64,000 nt of DNA from positions 310,001-374,000 of the forward strand of contig NC_089429.1 in NCBI RefSeq assembly GCF_026210795.1, written 5' to 3'. Positions 36,439 through 50,273 of the stretch are shown in pieces. The notes beneath the pieces are model-generated. The model worked only from the letters and a program-made list of their open reading frames with translations, did not search any database and was not told the DNA's origin. A program made the position numbers and the translations under genes. How positions within the stretch are numbered: position 1 is the stretch's first letter; each line of letters begins with the position of its first letter. Source of the stretch: Rhizophagus irregularis (taxonomy: Eukaryota).

Positions 36439-37307
36439 TAAAGCTCTGAATAATTCAGATTAAACCAGGGAACCAATTCAAAACTGGCTCAAAATTCGGT
36501 TTAGTTCAGTTTGGATAATAGAACTGAAAAACTGGCAGTTCAGTTCGATTTAATCTGATTTTTATAAAAATGCAAAAAATCAAATAGTTGTCTATATAGT
36601 AATCGTAAAAAGTCAAACTATATATCATTGGATTCGTCTTGACAAGATGCATCGAATGATGGTAAGATTATGTCTTTAGCATTGATAAATAACAAGTTAA
36701 TTCATGCTAAATGATTTATAAATAATTGGAATTAGCAAGCTATCTAATGGTGCTAAAGACATGATCTTAGCACCATTTGACATATCTCAGTGAGACAAAT
36801 CCAATAAATATTAATTTGTCCATGTACGATTACTGGATGGTAAATAATGTTAAGTTTCGCATTTTTTTAAAATTTTTAAGCGTTAAAAATTAAAAATTCT
36901 GATACATGAATTTATTCATCATTTAATGGTTGTACAAATATGAATTAAGACTCATTGGATTCATCTCAATAAGATAAGTCAAATGGTGGTAAGATCATGT
37001 CTCTAGCACTGATAGATAGCTTAATAATGCCAATTTTTTATAAATTATTTAGCGTGGATTAACTTATGATTTATTGATGCTAAAGATGTGATTTTATTAC
37101 CATTTGACGTGTCTGATTAAGATGAATCCAATGATATATGACGGATTTCAGATGACATTGATAGACAACTATTTGATTTTTCACATTTTTATAAAAAATC
37201 AGATTAAACTGAACCAAACTGCCAGTTTTTCGGTTTAGTTCTTATGGATTTTAGCTCTAATCTGAACTGTCTATAATCTGGACTAAACCAATCCATTTGG
37301 AGTTTTA
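36439..37307. mobile_element. hAT-type MITE with internal foldback (36522-37235)
   Basis: 8-bp TSD AGCCCATT, ends TAAAGCTC / GAGTTTTA, long internal inverted repeats and four palindromic motifs. Confidence 0.8.
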
Positions 37308-37744
37308 AGCCCATTAGATGTGTCTTAATAAGACAAATTAAATAGTGGTAATTTTGTATTTATAGTATTAATATTAACAAAGATATGAAAGTTTAAAAGT
37401 TTTAGATATTTTATTATTTATAAAGCTTGGACGAATTTTGGACGAGGATATGGATGGAGCATGATCCAGGACGAATGTCCTGACATTAAAATTTTGGCAG
37501 GACGTATACCTATATACAATCTTATTATTACGTAAAAGATATATTGTGATATCTGAATGTAGAAGCTACTCCATACATTCACAAATTATGTAATTTCTGA
37601 CATGCCCCTAAGATGATTTTCTGTAATTTGGAATTTGAAGTAATATAAAAAAATATGAGAGATTTTAGGCTATTATAATTATAAATGTATTATATCTTGC
37701 AGAAAACTTAATTCACTTATCGCTTTTATTTTTAGACTATGATA

Positions 37745-37917
37745 CGTCAAATGACCAAAAACAGGCAAAAAAAATGGTGTGAATTGCATAAACTATTCAC
37801 AAATTTATATAAACTATTTACAAATAGTATAGGTTAATTCGCAAATAGCCAAAATAGCCAAAAATAGCCACTGCTTTTCACGCCATTTTTTTTGCCGATT
37901 TTTAGCATTTTGACTTA
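37745..37917. mobile_element. Small degenerate MITE-like inverted repeat
   Basis: GTCAAATG..GGCAAAAAAAATGGTGTGAA versus TTCACGCCATTTTTTTTGCC..CATTTTGAC. Confidence 0.55.
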
Positions 37918-38057
37918 TGATATATATAAAGCTTTCAAAATTATATAAAATAAAGGACATTGTAAATTAATTACATATTACAACTTGTAAGTGGATTTGA
38001 ATAAAATTATTAATACAAAATTACATTTGTAAAAATTTTCAGGTATTTAGATAAGAT

Positions 38058-38278
38058 AGGACTCTATTTACTATTAATAGAAATCTTCAGAAAAATTTTA
38101 AATTTACTAGTAATTTTACCAGTAATCCTATTGGTTAATTGATCTAAAAAGAAAAAAATTATAAAAATTTAGTGTAATATAGATGTAATTTATTTATATA
38201 TAATAGGATTTTCAAAAATTCTTAATTATAAATTTTACCTTAAGTTTCTGATAATTTATCTTATAAGTAAGCGGTCCT
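38058..38278. mobile_element. Degenerate AGGACCC-type MITE related to 20173-20398
   Basis: AGGACTCTATTTACT / AGTAAGCGGTCCT ends, same size as 20173-20398, weak TSD. Confidence 0.5.
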
Positions 38279-38992
38279 GATAGCATTTTCTTTGAATTAA
38301 CCTATAAAAGAAGAACTCACTCTAAAAGCAAAATCAAGATGTGGATTCTAAAGTTGTGCAGAATATTAATTTAAAGTTAAGTAAGAATCAGAAGGTAGCT
38401 AGAAAATGAACAAGACTTTGGACAGTATTAATAAATTAATTGTAACTAATGACAATTTAGAAGATTAGTTTTTGCAAGAAATAAGTAGTTTTAATGAATG
38501 GATTCATTTCTAACTTTTACCTTTTTTTTATATTTATTTTTTGTTGTTTTCCTTTTTTTCTTTATTTGGGTTTTAGCAAATTCATGGAATATATCTGATT
38601 ATTGTATTTTGATAAACAGAATACTATTTAAAGTTTATATATAGGTGATTGATTTATATAATTGCTTATTAGAACTATTTGTATTATTTATTTTAAGTAT
38701 AATAATAATAAAAAAAAAAGGTATAATTAATTCTTTATAAATACATCCTTTATAAATAAATTTATATATATCTTTTTAAATATACTTTTTAGTTTAAACT
38801 TAAATTTAAATGATCTTTAATTATTTATTTTCTATAAATGCATGCTTTTTTTAAATACATTATTACAAAAATTATATATATAATTCTAAAAGAATACATT
38901 TATAAGAAATTGATTATATAAATAAAAAAAAAATAAATAAAATATTAAAGTTATTTATTTTTATTAATTATGAGCTTTATATTTTACTTATA

Positions 38993-39511
38993 CAGTCAAA
39001 TTTCTATGTAACGATAAGGTTGTTTTAGGAAAAAAGTATTGGTATATTGAATTATCAGTACATAATTACTGTATATCATATTGTAAATTACGTTTATTAT
39101 TAGATTAGCGGACAGTCAGACATTGATATCGATGCTTTTAATTGGAAACAATATCAATATATTGAATATATTACAGGTAATATAATGTGAAGCAAATACC
39201 ACCCAATTAAAGGCTTAAAATAATTAAATTTTGGTAAAATAAATCACAAAAGAGTTCAAATTAAATCTTTTACTTGGACTAACTTTATAATGCTAGCTCA
39301 AATTAATACTAATATAGCTAAAATATCAGTATATCTTAATATATATTATTATAAAGGATTAAGAAAAAGTATTGGTATACGTTACATTGCGAAATTATAT
39401 GCAATATCAATGCAACGCAATTTTTTTATTATACGTAAAATGAAACAATGAAAATTTATCAGTACAGGAAATTATCGATACACTGGGAATTGATACATAG
39501 AGGTTTGACTA
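38993..39511. mobile_element. pogo/Tc1-like MITE
   Basis: TA|CAGTCAAATTTCTATGTA...TACATAGAGGTTTGACTA|TA. Confidence 0.75.
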
Positions 39512-42481
39512 TATTAACAGTATATTTAATTTTAAATGGTAAATATTTTGGAATATTTAAATTAAAGATAGATTATGAATTAATGAAATTAAATAAAAAA
39601 GTTTTATTTTAAATTTAAAATATAAAAATTTTAAAAAGAATTGATTTTTTTTTAAATAAATAAGATTTAAATTTTAAATAAATAAGTTTGATTTTAAAAC
39701 TTAAAAATTATTTTTATTTTATTTTAAGTATTTATTATTTTTAATTTTAGAAATAAGTATTAAAATTTTATTATTGGCCAACTAATAACAGAAGAACTGG
39801 CCAACTGGACCAAATAGAAAAAATATGTAATGTGTGAAATACTTATTATTTTTTTTTTATTCTGATTTTTTTATTAAAATCCTTTTTTTATATATATATT
39901 TTCTTTTAATATTCAGTTTTTACTATATATAGTTGATCTTGCTGAATTATCGAAATGAATATTAATTAAGAGGAAGATTCTCTTTTAAGAAAAATTATAT
40001 TTTACACAGAATTTACTTTCATAATCCAAAAATTCGTCTGACAATTCATATGTGGAATCCTTTTTAAAATGACAAGTAGTTTAATAATTAATAATATTAA
40101 TTTTTATTTGTATTTGATTATTGTATGTGTATTAATACTTTTTTGAAAAAATTAATAAATTATTAAATGTATTGCAGTAAAAAAAAAAGTATTAAAATTT
40201 TTTAAATAAATAAATTTTAAAAAAATTAATTATTTTTTTGTTAAATTTGAAATTTTATTTTTGATTATTAAGTTAATTTTTTGGATAAGTTTTATTAAAT
40301 TTTACTTTTTATTATTTATTTATTTATTTCGTATAAATTTTTAAAATATATTTTATTTTGAATTTTTTAAATTATTTTTTGGTTTTTTTTTTTGGTAAAA
40401 GTATTCAAATACCTTAAAATTAAAAAATAACTTATAAAAAGTCAGATTTTTAATAATAAATAAACTTACAATTAACTTAAAGTTTAAATGTAAAATACTA
40501 TTTAAAACTGTTTTTTTTTGTTGCAAATATCTTTAATAAAATTTTAACTTTTTAACCAAATAATTATGGTAAAATAAATGTCAAAAATCAACTTTTTGAT
40601 TATAAAATAGTTTATATTTCAAAAATCAGAAAGATTGAATTAGTAATTATTAAGAAATCTGCTTTTATAAATCACAAAATTTAAGACAATTATAATAAAT
40701 CAAAAATTGCTTATTTTAAAGGTATTTTTCAAGAATTAACTACATACTCCTGTTTTTACTAACTAATAGTCCAAATTTAATAAAACTTATCCATTGAGTT
40801 CATTTTAATGAGAGAAATCTAATGATAATAATTTTATTTTTCTTAACTTTAATATTTATTAAGATATAATACAGAGTGATTTTTTATCTGATATAAATAG
40901 GATTCTATTAATATTCTTTAGTGAATCCTTTATAAATATTCCTAATCTAATTAGATTTATTAGATTTTTAAGAAGTAAAAGCTTGGAATAGAGAATGAAA
41001 AGTAAAAGGGTTGGAGTGAAGTTAATTATCTTTAAGTCCAGAAACTTACTTTCGATTTAGTAGAAACAAAATATTGTATTTTATTTATTTTGAGGATACT
41101 TATCAATAAAGTATGAAGAAATCATCAGAATTTTGTTCATTAGAGAAATTATGAAAGAGTTGATTCTTTGATATTGCAACGTAATTTTTATATCATATGA
41201 TTATCATATATTCCTATAATTCATAAATGTTATCGTGAAAAAAATAATAGTATATGATTAAGGAATACTATAGTAGTACTAAGTTAAATGATAATAATAT
41301 TCTTAGAAAGAAATCAAGAATTTTCCAAGGAAAATTGAAATACATAAATATTTTTTTTTTTAACAATATAATAGGAATACTATACTAGACGGTGTTATAC
41401 GATAAAAGTCGGAATCTAGTAAATTGGATAACATATTTTATATTTCATGATTCATTTATAGATAATGATAATGTAACAGATATTTAAGGTTTATTTAATT
41501 TTTGCTTAAAAAGTCTTAAATGATTCTTTTAAGGAACGGTCGATAACAATTTAATTATAAATCACGTGTATATTTCAGGTGCAATATTTGGAAGCTGCAT
41601 GATAATCTACAAGAAAATTCTAGTAAATTGCTTCACCGCCCTTCCCGCAGAATAATAAAAGGCGGCGATGCAATGTGACTTGTCGGAACTCGTTATATAT
41701 AGTAGTAAATAATCACCATGAATACCTTTATTTGAAGCATCATATCTTTAACATACACATGTCACAAATTATAAACGTTACACAGATCATATCCAATATA
41801 AAAAAATCGAAGTAATCCTGATTGTTGACTGTGTTACTTGACATTCCGATCTGAAAAATACTGACCGTTATAACGATTATAGTGCTTCTATTGTGAATTT
41901 TTTTATCGGTATTACCAAAGAAATAAGAATACCGTTTATTTATAGCCGCGATGTTTATTTATGGGTTATTGTAAAAATTTCAATCGATTTCGTCATCTTA
42001 TCGGACATGAAACAGGTTTTTTATGCAAAATACATAGTAGTCACTAGGTCAACATCGGTCCGAGATTTTGAGATTTTAAGATGACGTTTTAACTTTTGAT
42101 TGACCGTATTACATATATTTATATAAATAATTCCTTGTGATTAAATAGCAGCCTCTTTCGTAAGCTGGGTTGGTACCTAAGTTCCAAAAAAAATATAAAA
42201 ACTGCCAAAAAAGCCAAGACGCAATCCAAACCACTTGTAGAGATCAACTATTCAGCGAAAATATAAAAGCTAATAAATTTACTGATTCAACTTTCCGTAA
42301 TTGTAAGCAGCCTAATCTTTACCTATTAGTAGTAATGTTGCTATTAGTTCTGCTAGTACAAATCATTTTGCTCTTTTCGAAATTTTTAACATCTTAATGA
42401 GAATGTTTTTTTTTTCAAAGTCCTATTAATAACCAGAATTTAGCAAAGAGTAGGACGCCATACTAAAACATAACGGCAATT

Positions 42482-45400
42482 ATGATGGCGACCTCACATA
42501 CTTTTCCACCTGAAGAAAGTTTACCCCATCCACCCCCAAATTTTCAACCACAACAAATAAATACAAAACAAGTAATTTATAATAAGTCGGGCACAAAGTG
42601 TATGAATATCGTAAAAGATCCGTCTGGAATGCCTTTATCTCCGACTTCACCGTCTACGAGAGACCAAAATGATAGTTCACCCTCTCATAATCCTCAAAAT
42701 AATAACGTGCCAACTAAAAAGAAAAAGAAAAAGAAGGGTAAAAGAAAATCTACTGTTGACCATGTAGAGGAAGCTGATATTCAAGTTAATGGAACACATA
42801 ATAATCATATAAAGACAAATTATAACAGTGAAAATGAAGAGGAAGCATTGGACGTGGATTTAGAAGACGAAGATGAATTCTTTTCTGATGATGACGGATA
42901 TGATCCGGAAGCACCTGAAATACCCTTTCCACGAAAGGATTCTATCGCAAATCATGATGGTGATAATAATCATGCTCCTACTACTCCTTCAAAGAAAAAA
43001 AAGAAGAAAAAGAAAAATAAGAATGGTCTTAGTATGAATCAAATTTCAGATATCCATCATAACCATCCCCACCATAACCATAATCACAAATCTCGTAAAG
43101 ATGGTATCTGGAATACCAATAATAACGAAGAACGACAGCGAATAAGGGAATTCTGGTTACAATTGGGTGAAGAGGAAAGAAGAAGTTTAGTAAAAGTTGA
43201 GAAAGAAGCTGTGCTAAAAAAAATGAAAGAACAGCAAAAGCATTCATGCTCTTGTTCTGTATGTGGCAAAAAGAGGTTAGTAGCCTTGAGTATTATTTTA
43301 TTTCTCTTATTCCTCTAGTATTATTAGTACCAATCATTACCTCTCGATTTAATAATTGCTTATTAAAAAGCAGTCTACGATAATATAATTTATTTTAAAT
43401 TCATTAATAAAAATAAATATATATGGTATCTATATAAGATACTATAATACTACTGTATATAACATTTATACATAAAAATTTGGAAATATGATATAGGACC
43501 GCTATTGAAGCAGAGTTAGAAACCCTCTATGATGCTTACTATGAAGAACTTGAATCTTATGCGAATCATCAGCAGCAATTTGGCTCTTCAAATATTGAAT
43601 ATCGAAACGATGCAGAGTTTGATGACGATGATGATGATGAAGAATACGAAGATGATGAGGACGAAGACGATGAAGATTATGAAGGCAGTGAACATGATAG
43701 TGATACGCGGAAAGAATTCTTCAACAACTTTGGTAATAGTTTAACTGTGAAAGGTGCGTTATGACCACCTAGCAGGGTTAAAGTTCTTTTAGGAGAAATG
43801 CCTTCTTGATGGTCGATAATTTCAAGTTATTAATGATCAATTTCAAATACTAATGTGTATATACTGACTCAGGAGGCATTTTGACCGTAGCTGACGATCT
43901 ATTAAAAAATGACGGCAAGAAGTTTCTCGAAATGATGGAACGACTTGCTGAACGAAGGATGCAACGAGAAGAAGATGAGTCAGCAATGGATCGTGGTGAA
44001 TATTATGATGAAGATGAGGATGAAGATGAGGATGAATATGAAGAGGATGGGGAAGAAGTAAAGAACTATTTTTTTTATAGTTACGAAAATTTTTACTTGC
44101 AAATGAAGTATATTAATTAATTTTTGTTTATAGGATAACCAAACAGAAGAACAACGTATGGAAGAAGGTCGACGAATGTTTCAGATATTCGCTGCAAGAA
44201 TGTTTGAACAGCGAGTGTTAAATGCATATCGAGAAAAGGTTTGTATAAATCAAATTTTTTTTTTATTTAAAATTAGAAAAAAGTTTTTTTCCTAAATCGG
44301 AAGTTATTTGTATAGGTTGCTCAAGAACGACAACAAAAGTTATTAGAAGAGTTAGAGGAAGAAAATCGGCTGAAAGAGGAGCGTGAACTTAAAAAATTAA
44401 AAGAGAAAGAAAGAAAGAAGGCTAAAAATAGGTTGGATTTTTTTTTTAAAAAAAAAATATGGATAGTTGATTCATGGAAGAATTCACCCAGTTAATATTT
44501 TGTGATTTTACATGTTAGGGCCTTGAAACAACAAAAAGAGGAAGAACGTGCAAGAAGAGAGGCAGAAAGGCTAGCTGAAGAAAAAGCTCAACGAGCAGAG
44601 CGTGAAAAAAAATTAGAGGAAGAACGTAAAAGACGTGAGGAAGAACGTCTAAAAAAGGAGGCAGAAAGGAGGCAAAGGGAAGAAGAACGACAAAGGAAAG
44701 AAGAAGAAAAAAGGCGAAAAGCAAGAGAAGAGAGAGAGCGAGAGGAACGTAGGAAAAAAGAGCAGGAAGCAAAAGAACGTAAAGAGAAAGAAAAAGAGGA
44801 GAGAGAACGTAAAGAAAGAGAAGAAAAGGCTCGAAAAGAAAAGGAAGAACGTCGACAGCGTGAAGAACGAGAGCGTAAACAACGTGAATTAAAGGAGAAG
44901 GAACGTAAAGAAAAAGAAGAACAAGAGCGTAAAGAACGCGAAAAGAAAGAACGTGAAGCGAAAGAACGAGAACGAAAAGAAAAGGAGGATCAGGAACGTA
45001 AAGATCGCGAGGAAAAAGAACGAAAAGAGAGGGAAGAGAAACAAAAAGCTGTCACACTGAGGCAGCAACAACATCATGAACGAAAACGAACTATTACACC
45101 AATCGGTCAACCTTCTGCTCAACCACCACCCCCACCGTCAATAAGTACACCGGTAATACAGAATAAACCTGTCGTATCAATGCCTAATGGAATGAATTGG
45201 ATTAATTATTCATCACATGAACAACACCAACCTCTTCCGCAGCATTCTATAAATCCACAACATGTTATAAATTCTCATTTACCACCCCCTCCCAATCACC
45301 CTAACCATCCACCGCCACATCCATTGTTTAACCCTGGTGGACCACAACCACAATTTGGAGGACAGCCTGTTGGAATAATGAATGGTCCTGCGGGAATGAC

Positions 45401-46609
45401 AAATGAAGTTGCTAATGAAGTTTTTACGAACACTAAAAAAGCAATAAATCCACCACCACAAGGAACGAACACTTTACAGGGAATAAATCCTACATCTTCC
45501 TTATTTGCAACTGGATTAGGTCCGATTGGTATGGGTGTTCATCCACACCATGGAGGTCCTCCAGTACCCATACATGCTCATCAAGTAATGAGACAACAAA
45601 TGCCACCTCCTAGAGGTTTTAATCCAATTGCTCCAACACCACATTTACCTGGTCCCTCTGGAGTTCCACCATCTGTAGCATCTACAAATTTATCATTACT
45701 TAATGAAGCTGCTGTAATGAGTGGAAATGGAAATATTGGTGCAGGAGTAACAGGAAATCCGCAAAATGGTGCATTTGGTGGGTTACCTATATGTGGACAA
45801 GGACCATTAGGTCCACAGACATTTAATTTAGGGACACAAGTACCCGCATCGTCTCATATAGGACCTAGTGTTGTTGTTCCAAATACTCCGTTAGCTCCTA
45901 TTGGACATCGTCGTATGTCCCAACATCCAGAGGATTCCCATGTAAAAGCTGTACAAAGACCACAACCGATACAGCGTCCAAGAAGAAATTCTGGTACAGG
46001 ACAGTCACTGGAAATACGTACAAGGTCGCCACCACCAGGTTTTGGTAATATGGTTGGCTCTGGTGCTTTGCTTGGTGATGATAAAACTAATTCAATGACA
46101 AACAGGAGACAGAGTTTAGCTGCTGGTGAAAGTTCATATTTCTCTAATTCATTATTTTCTACAGCAATGCCTGGAGGTTAGGGAATAATTTTAAATTATT
46201 TATTTCTTTTTATTTTTTGGTCCTTGAGAAGAGTATTATTATAGTTATTTAAAGAATTTGTAAATAAATAAATAAATATGTTAAAACAAATTTTGTAGAG
46301 TCAAATCCACCTCAACCATCACCATCACAGAACCAACAACAGCAACAACACGGAACAAATCGGGTGTCACATCGACCTGTTGTAGGTGATAATGAATGGC
46401 CTCCAATACGCGGAAGACAAAATGTGACTGATAATCTCCTAGGAGAGTCTGTATCTATTGGTAGTAATAATAATGGTAATAATAATATAGGAACAAACGA
46501 CATTTGGGCATCAAATTTTGCTGGTGGACAGTCATTGTGGTATTCAGAAGGTAATAATAATCCTACAAATCGTAGAGTGATGGGTTCAAGAGACTTTGGC
46601 ATACCATAA
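42482..46609 (+). CDS. NST1: Stress response protein NST1 (about 7 exons)
   Basis: [92 protein letters not shown] and [25 protein letters not shown], then a long E/R/K coiled coil and a Pro-rich tail. Confidence 0.93.
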
Positions 46610-47225
46610 TAACAAAAAACGAAAGAAACTTAAAATATAATTAGTGCAAATTTTCTATTATTTCCTGTTTTCCTTATTACCTTGTAACCATAAATACTAT
46701 ATATATACACATATTACTATTATATTTTTAGTCCTCGATTTGGCGTAAAATTAAGAACGTGTTTATCTATATATACATATATATTGCAAAAAGAAAAAAA
46801 AGGACGAGTGATGATGTATTAATGATGTATTAAAAAAAAAACAAATTCTATTACTATAATTTTACTATTACAATTAGCATTTTGGAAGAATCATTTACCA
46901 TTTGAAAAAAAAAAAAGAAAAATATTTTATTTTCATCGTGTAATAATAAACCTGTTTAATTACTGAAAAATCAAAAAGTAAATAATAGACATATTATTTA
47001 TTATTATATAATATATTTACACGCGCTTTTATATACTCTTCGTATAAACACGCAAAAGATTAACCATCATGTACATTAGTTTTCTAGAACAAATATTACA
47101 TACATTAATTACATGTTGATTTATACAAAAATGAATATATAAAAGAACAAAGAAAATGAACTATTTAATTTATTTGTTTAAATACTTCAAAAAAAAGGGG
47201 GGGGGGGTATTCAAATAAGAAAAGA

Positions 47226-48764
47226 TCAAATATGCTCAATACAATAAAGTCTTGAAGCGTGAATTATCCGACAATCTACCAATTCTGTTTCAGCTATTGC
47301 GATAATATCAGGAGTTACCAAGGGACAATTTGCGACATCAAGATGTTTAAGATTACCGGCCAAATATTTACAAATTGATTTTATGCAATTATCGTTAACA
47401 TTACGACAATATCTAAGAAACAATTTACTTAACTTACGGCAATCTCTCACCAACTCTATTACAGCTTGTTCACTAACTCCCCATTCACGCAAATCGAGCA
47501 TTGTTATAGAATGACCAATATTAGACCTAATATTTCCCATTAATTCATCTAGTAAAAAATCCTCATTATTTATATCAACCCCACCAAGAACTAAAACTTG
47601 CATTCCTTTACATGATTTAATCAGATCCATGATGGCTTTAATTTCTACACGAATTACATCTAATCTGAATTCAATAATATTTGGACAATGAGTCGCTAGA
47701 GCTTTGATACCTTGTTCAACAGAATCAGCAGCACCACAAGGTAACATGATCAATTTCTTGAGATTTTGTTTACAATGAGTAGCGAGTGAAATAATTGCTT
47801 CTTCTGATACTTTAGTCTCTGAGAGATTAATTTCAGTTAACATATTACCAAATTCCACTAAATTAAAAGTCTTATCTTCAACACTATAACAATCACTAAG
47901 ATCCAAAGATTTTAATCTTTTAAATATAAGACCATCCAATGCATGATCAATATGAAGACCATTAATTCGAAGATCAGTAATTTTAGAGATAACAGAAGGT
48001 GATAATCCTGCTAATAATTGTTTTGGAGAAGCAGTAATCCTAATACAAAGTTCATCAAGATAATCTTTTTGTGTTTCTACAAGATTTGATAAAAGTGCTG
48101 GATTACAATTACGTACAGAAAATTTAAAAACGCGAAGTCTTTTACAATTTTTAGTGATAAATCTCAAGTCATCATCAGTATTTTCATATTGTAAAAGATC
48201 TAAATGAGCAATATTAGGAAATTTTTGAATAATTGGAGAAAAGATATCAGACGTAGTTTGCAGACAAGTTTCTAAAGAATCAATAGAGATACAACGATCA
48301 TTAAATGCCTTTGATAAAGCCAAAAAAGCTTCTTGAATGATACGAGGTTTATCAGCATTTGTAGATGTAGATGTAATCATAGCTTCAAGAAATCGATACA
48401 TTGTAGGTACACTAATATGACGTGTAAAAGAAATATAGTCAAGTGATGCCCTAGATTGAATTAATATAAAATTTTCTCCTAAAGAGGGGAATTCCAAAGA
48501 AAAATCATTTTCCAAACAACTTAAATATGTTCTAATTAATAAAGCTCCTTTTGGGTTAATTTCTCTTTTGACAAGTTCACTTTCTTCCTCTTCAATAAGA
48601 AAATATTTCCAAGGATTTTTGTAAAGAAGTGTAGCAGAAAGTCGCGCAAATAAACGATTAGTACGTATACAGTTGTTAAGAGCTTTCGAGTCGTGAACCA
48701 AATGTGAAATTATTTCGTGAATACACTCAGTAGGAAGAGCTTTTTCAAGCGATTGAGTTGACAT
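47226..48764 (-). CDS. F-box/LRR protein, single exon, 512 aa
   Basis: N-terminal LPTECIHEIISHL F-box-like motif followed by cysteine-containing LRRs. Confidence 0.88.
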   Translation of the reverse strand: MSTQSLEKALPTECIHEIISHLVHDSKALNNCIRTNRLFARLSATLLYKNPWKYFLIEEEESELVKREINPKGALLIRTYLSCLENDFSLEFPSLGENFILIQSRASLDYISFTRHISVPTMYRFLEAMITSTSTNADKPRIIQEAFLALSKAFNDRCISIDSLETCLQTTSDIFSPIIQKFPNIAHLDLLQYENTDDDLRFITKNCKRLRVFKFSVRNCNPALLSNLVETQKDYLDELCIRITASPKQLLAGLSPSVISKITDLRINGLHIDHALDGLIFKRLKSLDLSDCYSVEDKTFNLVEFGNMLTEINLSETKVSEEAIISLATHCKQNLKKLIMLPCGAADSVEQGIKALATHCPNIIEFRLDVIRVEIKAIMDLIKSCKGMQVLVLGGVDINNEDFLLDELMGNIRSNIGHSITMLDLREWGVSEQAVIELVRDCRKLSKLFLRYCRNVNDNCIKSICKYLAGNLKHLDVANCPLVTPDIIAIAETELVDCRIIHASRLYCIEHI

Positions 48765-49097
48765 TGTTATAAAGTATTTCTTAAATAAAAAGACACGGAA
48801 GGACGCAAGTCTCAGTTATAACTCTAAACCTCTTTTTTTTTCTTTTTTTTTTATGATTTGAAAAAAAAAATACTATTTACAAGAAGGGTTATTTTTTTTC
48901 CCTCTTTTGAAGTTGATCAAAAAAAATAAATAAGGATATATTTTTACAGTTTATTATATTATAGAACAACAATTTTATCATGCACGACAGCACGAGATCC
49001 TTAATGACGTGACTAACGTTACATTTATAATAATTTTAGTGTTACAAAAAAAAAGGTACAATCTTATCTTATAAATTCGAATGGAAATTAAAAATAA

Positions 49098-50273
49098 TTA
49101 AATAGTTTTTAATACAGGAATTAAATCATATTCGCATGATTCATCTTTTTCTTCAATAAATTGATCCTTAATTTTTTCTAGAATTTTTTCAGCTTTATAA
49201 TCAGGATTTATACCAGATAATTTCATTTTAATAAAAACTTTTCTTATAGAATTAAAATCATTAATTCTCATAAATGCTTCAATAATTAAAGTGAAATCAT
49301 TTGAATAAATTTTTGATAATCCAAATTCCGTATTTAAATATGGAGAAAGTAATTTCCAAGCCAATTGAGGATAATCATTTTTAGCCAAAGGATGAATAAC
49401 AGAAATTACAAAATCCCTTTGAATAGGTTGAATTCCTTCATTTTCCATTATATAAAGTAATTCAATAACTTCATCTAATTTATCATTTTCACAAAGGAAT
49501 TTAACATAATTTATATAAGTTATCTTATTTGGTTTAAAATCTATAATTTTTAATCTAAACATTTCTTTCATTTCTTTCCATAAAGATTGAGCTCCTTGAA
49601 AATCCTTTTTTGAAATATAATAATTTAATAATATATAAAAATGATTTTTTGTAATAAATTTTAATCCTAAATCTTTAATTTCTTTAATATAATAATCAGA
49701 TTTATTTGTACCCATAGTTTCTTTAATAAGTGTTGTTAAACAAGACATTGAAGGTATAATACCATTATTACGCATATCTTCATAAATTTTTTTTGATAAT
49801 TCAATATCATTTTTTATAAAACAAAATATGAATTGTTTATAAACTAATTCATTTGAAATTTCTAATTTTTTAAAATCTTGATATAATTCTTTTAATTTAA
49901 TAAAATTTTTATTTTTTTTTGCTAAATTAATATTTAATAATAATTTTTTTATATCATTAATTTTAAATATTTCATTAATTGGATTATTTGATTTTTTAAT
50001 TATAATATTTGATGTTAATAATATTGAATTTTTAATTATATTATCATAAAAATATTCAGGTTTATTCTTATTATTTGTCTTTAATTTTTCTCGAAATGCT
50101 TCTGTTAATCTAAGATAAAGTTCCTTCTCTTCTTTAGTTTGATCAAATTTTATATTATTGGTGGAAAATTTTGATGAAAGAAATTTTTCTTTCAATTTAA
50201 ATCGAACGAATAAAAAATCAATCGTTCGAGGAAAAAGAAATTTTAAAGATTTTTTTGCGGTAGTTATTGTCAT
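49098..50273 (-). CDS. Pentatricopeptide-repeat protein, probably mitochondrial
   Basis: PPR-like motifs such as IYEDMRNNGIIPS, KPNKITYINYV and MKLSGINPD. Confidence 0.85.
   Translation of the reverse strand: MTITTAKKSLKFLFPRTIDFLFVRFKLKEKFLSSKFSTNNIKFDQTKEEKELYLRLTEAFREKLKTNNKNKPEYFYDNIIKNSILLTSNIIIKKSNNPINEIFKINDIKKLLLNINLAKKNKNFIKLKELYQDFKKLEISNELVYKQFIFCFIKNDIELSKKIYEDMRNNGIIPSMSCLTTLIKETMGTNKSDYYIKEIKDLGLKFITKNHFYILLNYYISKKDFQGAQSLWKEMKEMFRLKIIDFKPNKITYINYVKFLCENDKLDEVIELLYIMENEGIQPIQRDFVISVIHPLAKNDYPQLAWKLLSPYLNTEFGLSKIYSNDFTLIIEAFMRINDFNSIRKVFIKMKLSGINPDYKAEKILEKIKDQFIEEKDESCEYDLIPVLKTI

Noticed and set aside
44515..45461. Minus-strand F/L/S-rich ORFs
   Set aside because: Antisense shadows of the NST1 coiled-coil exon.
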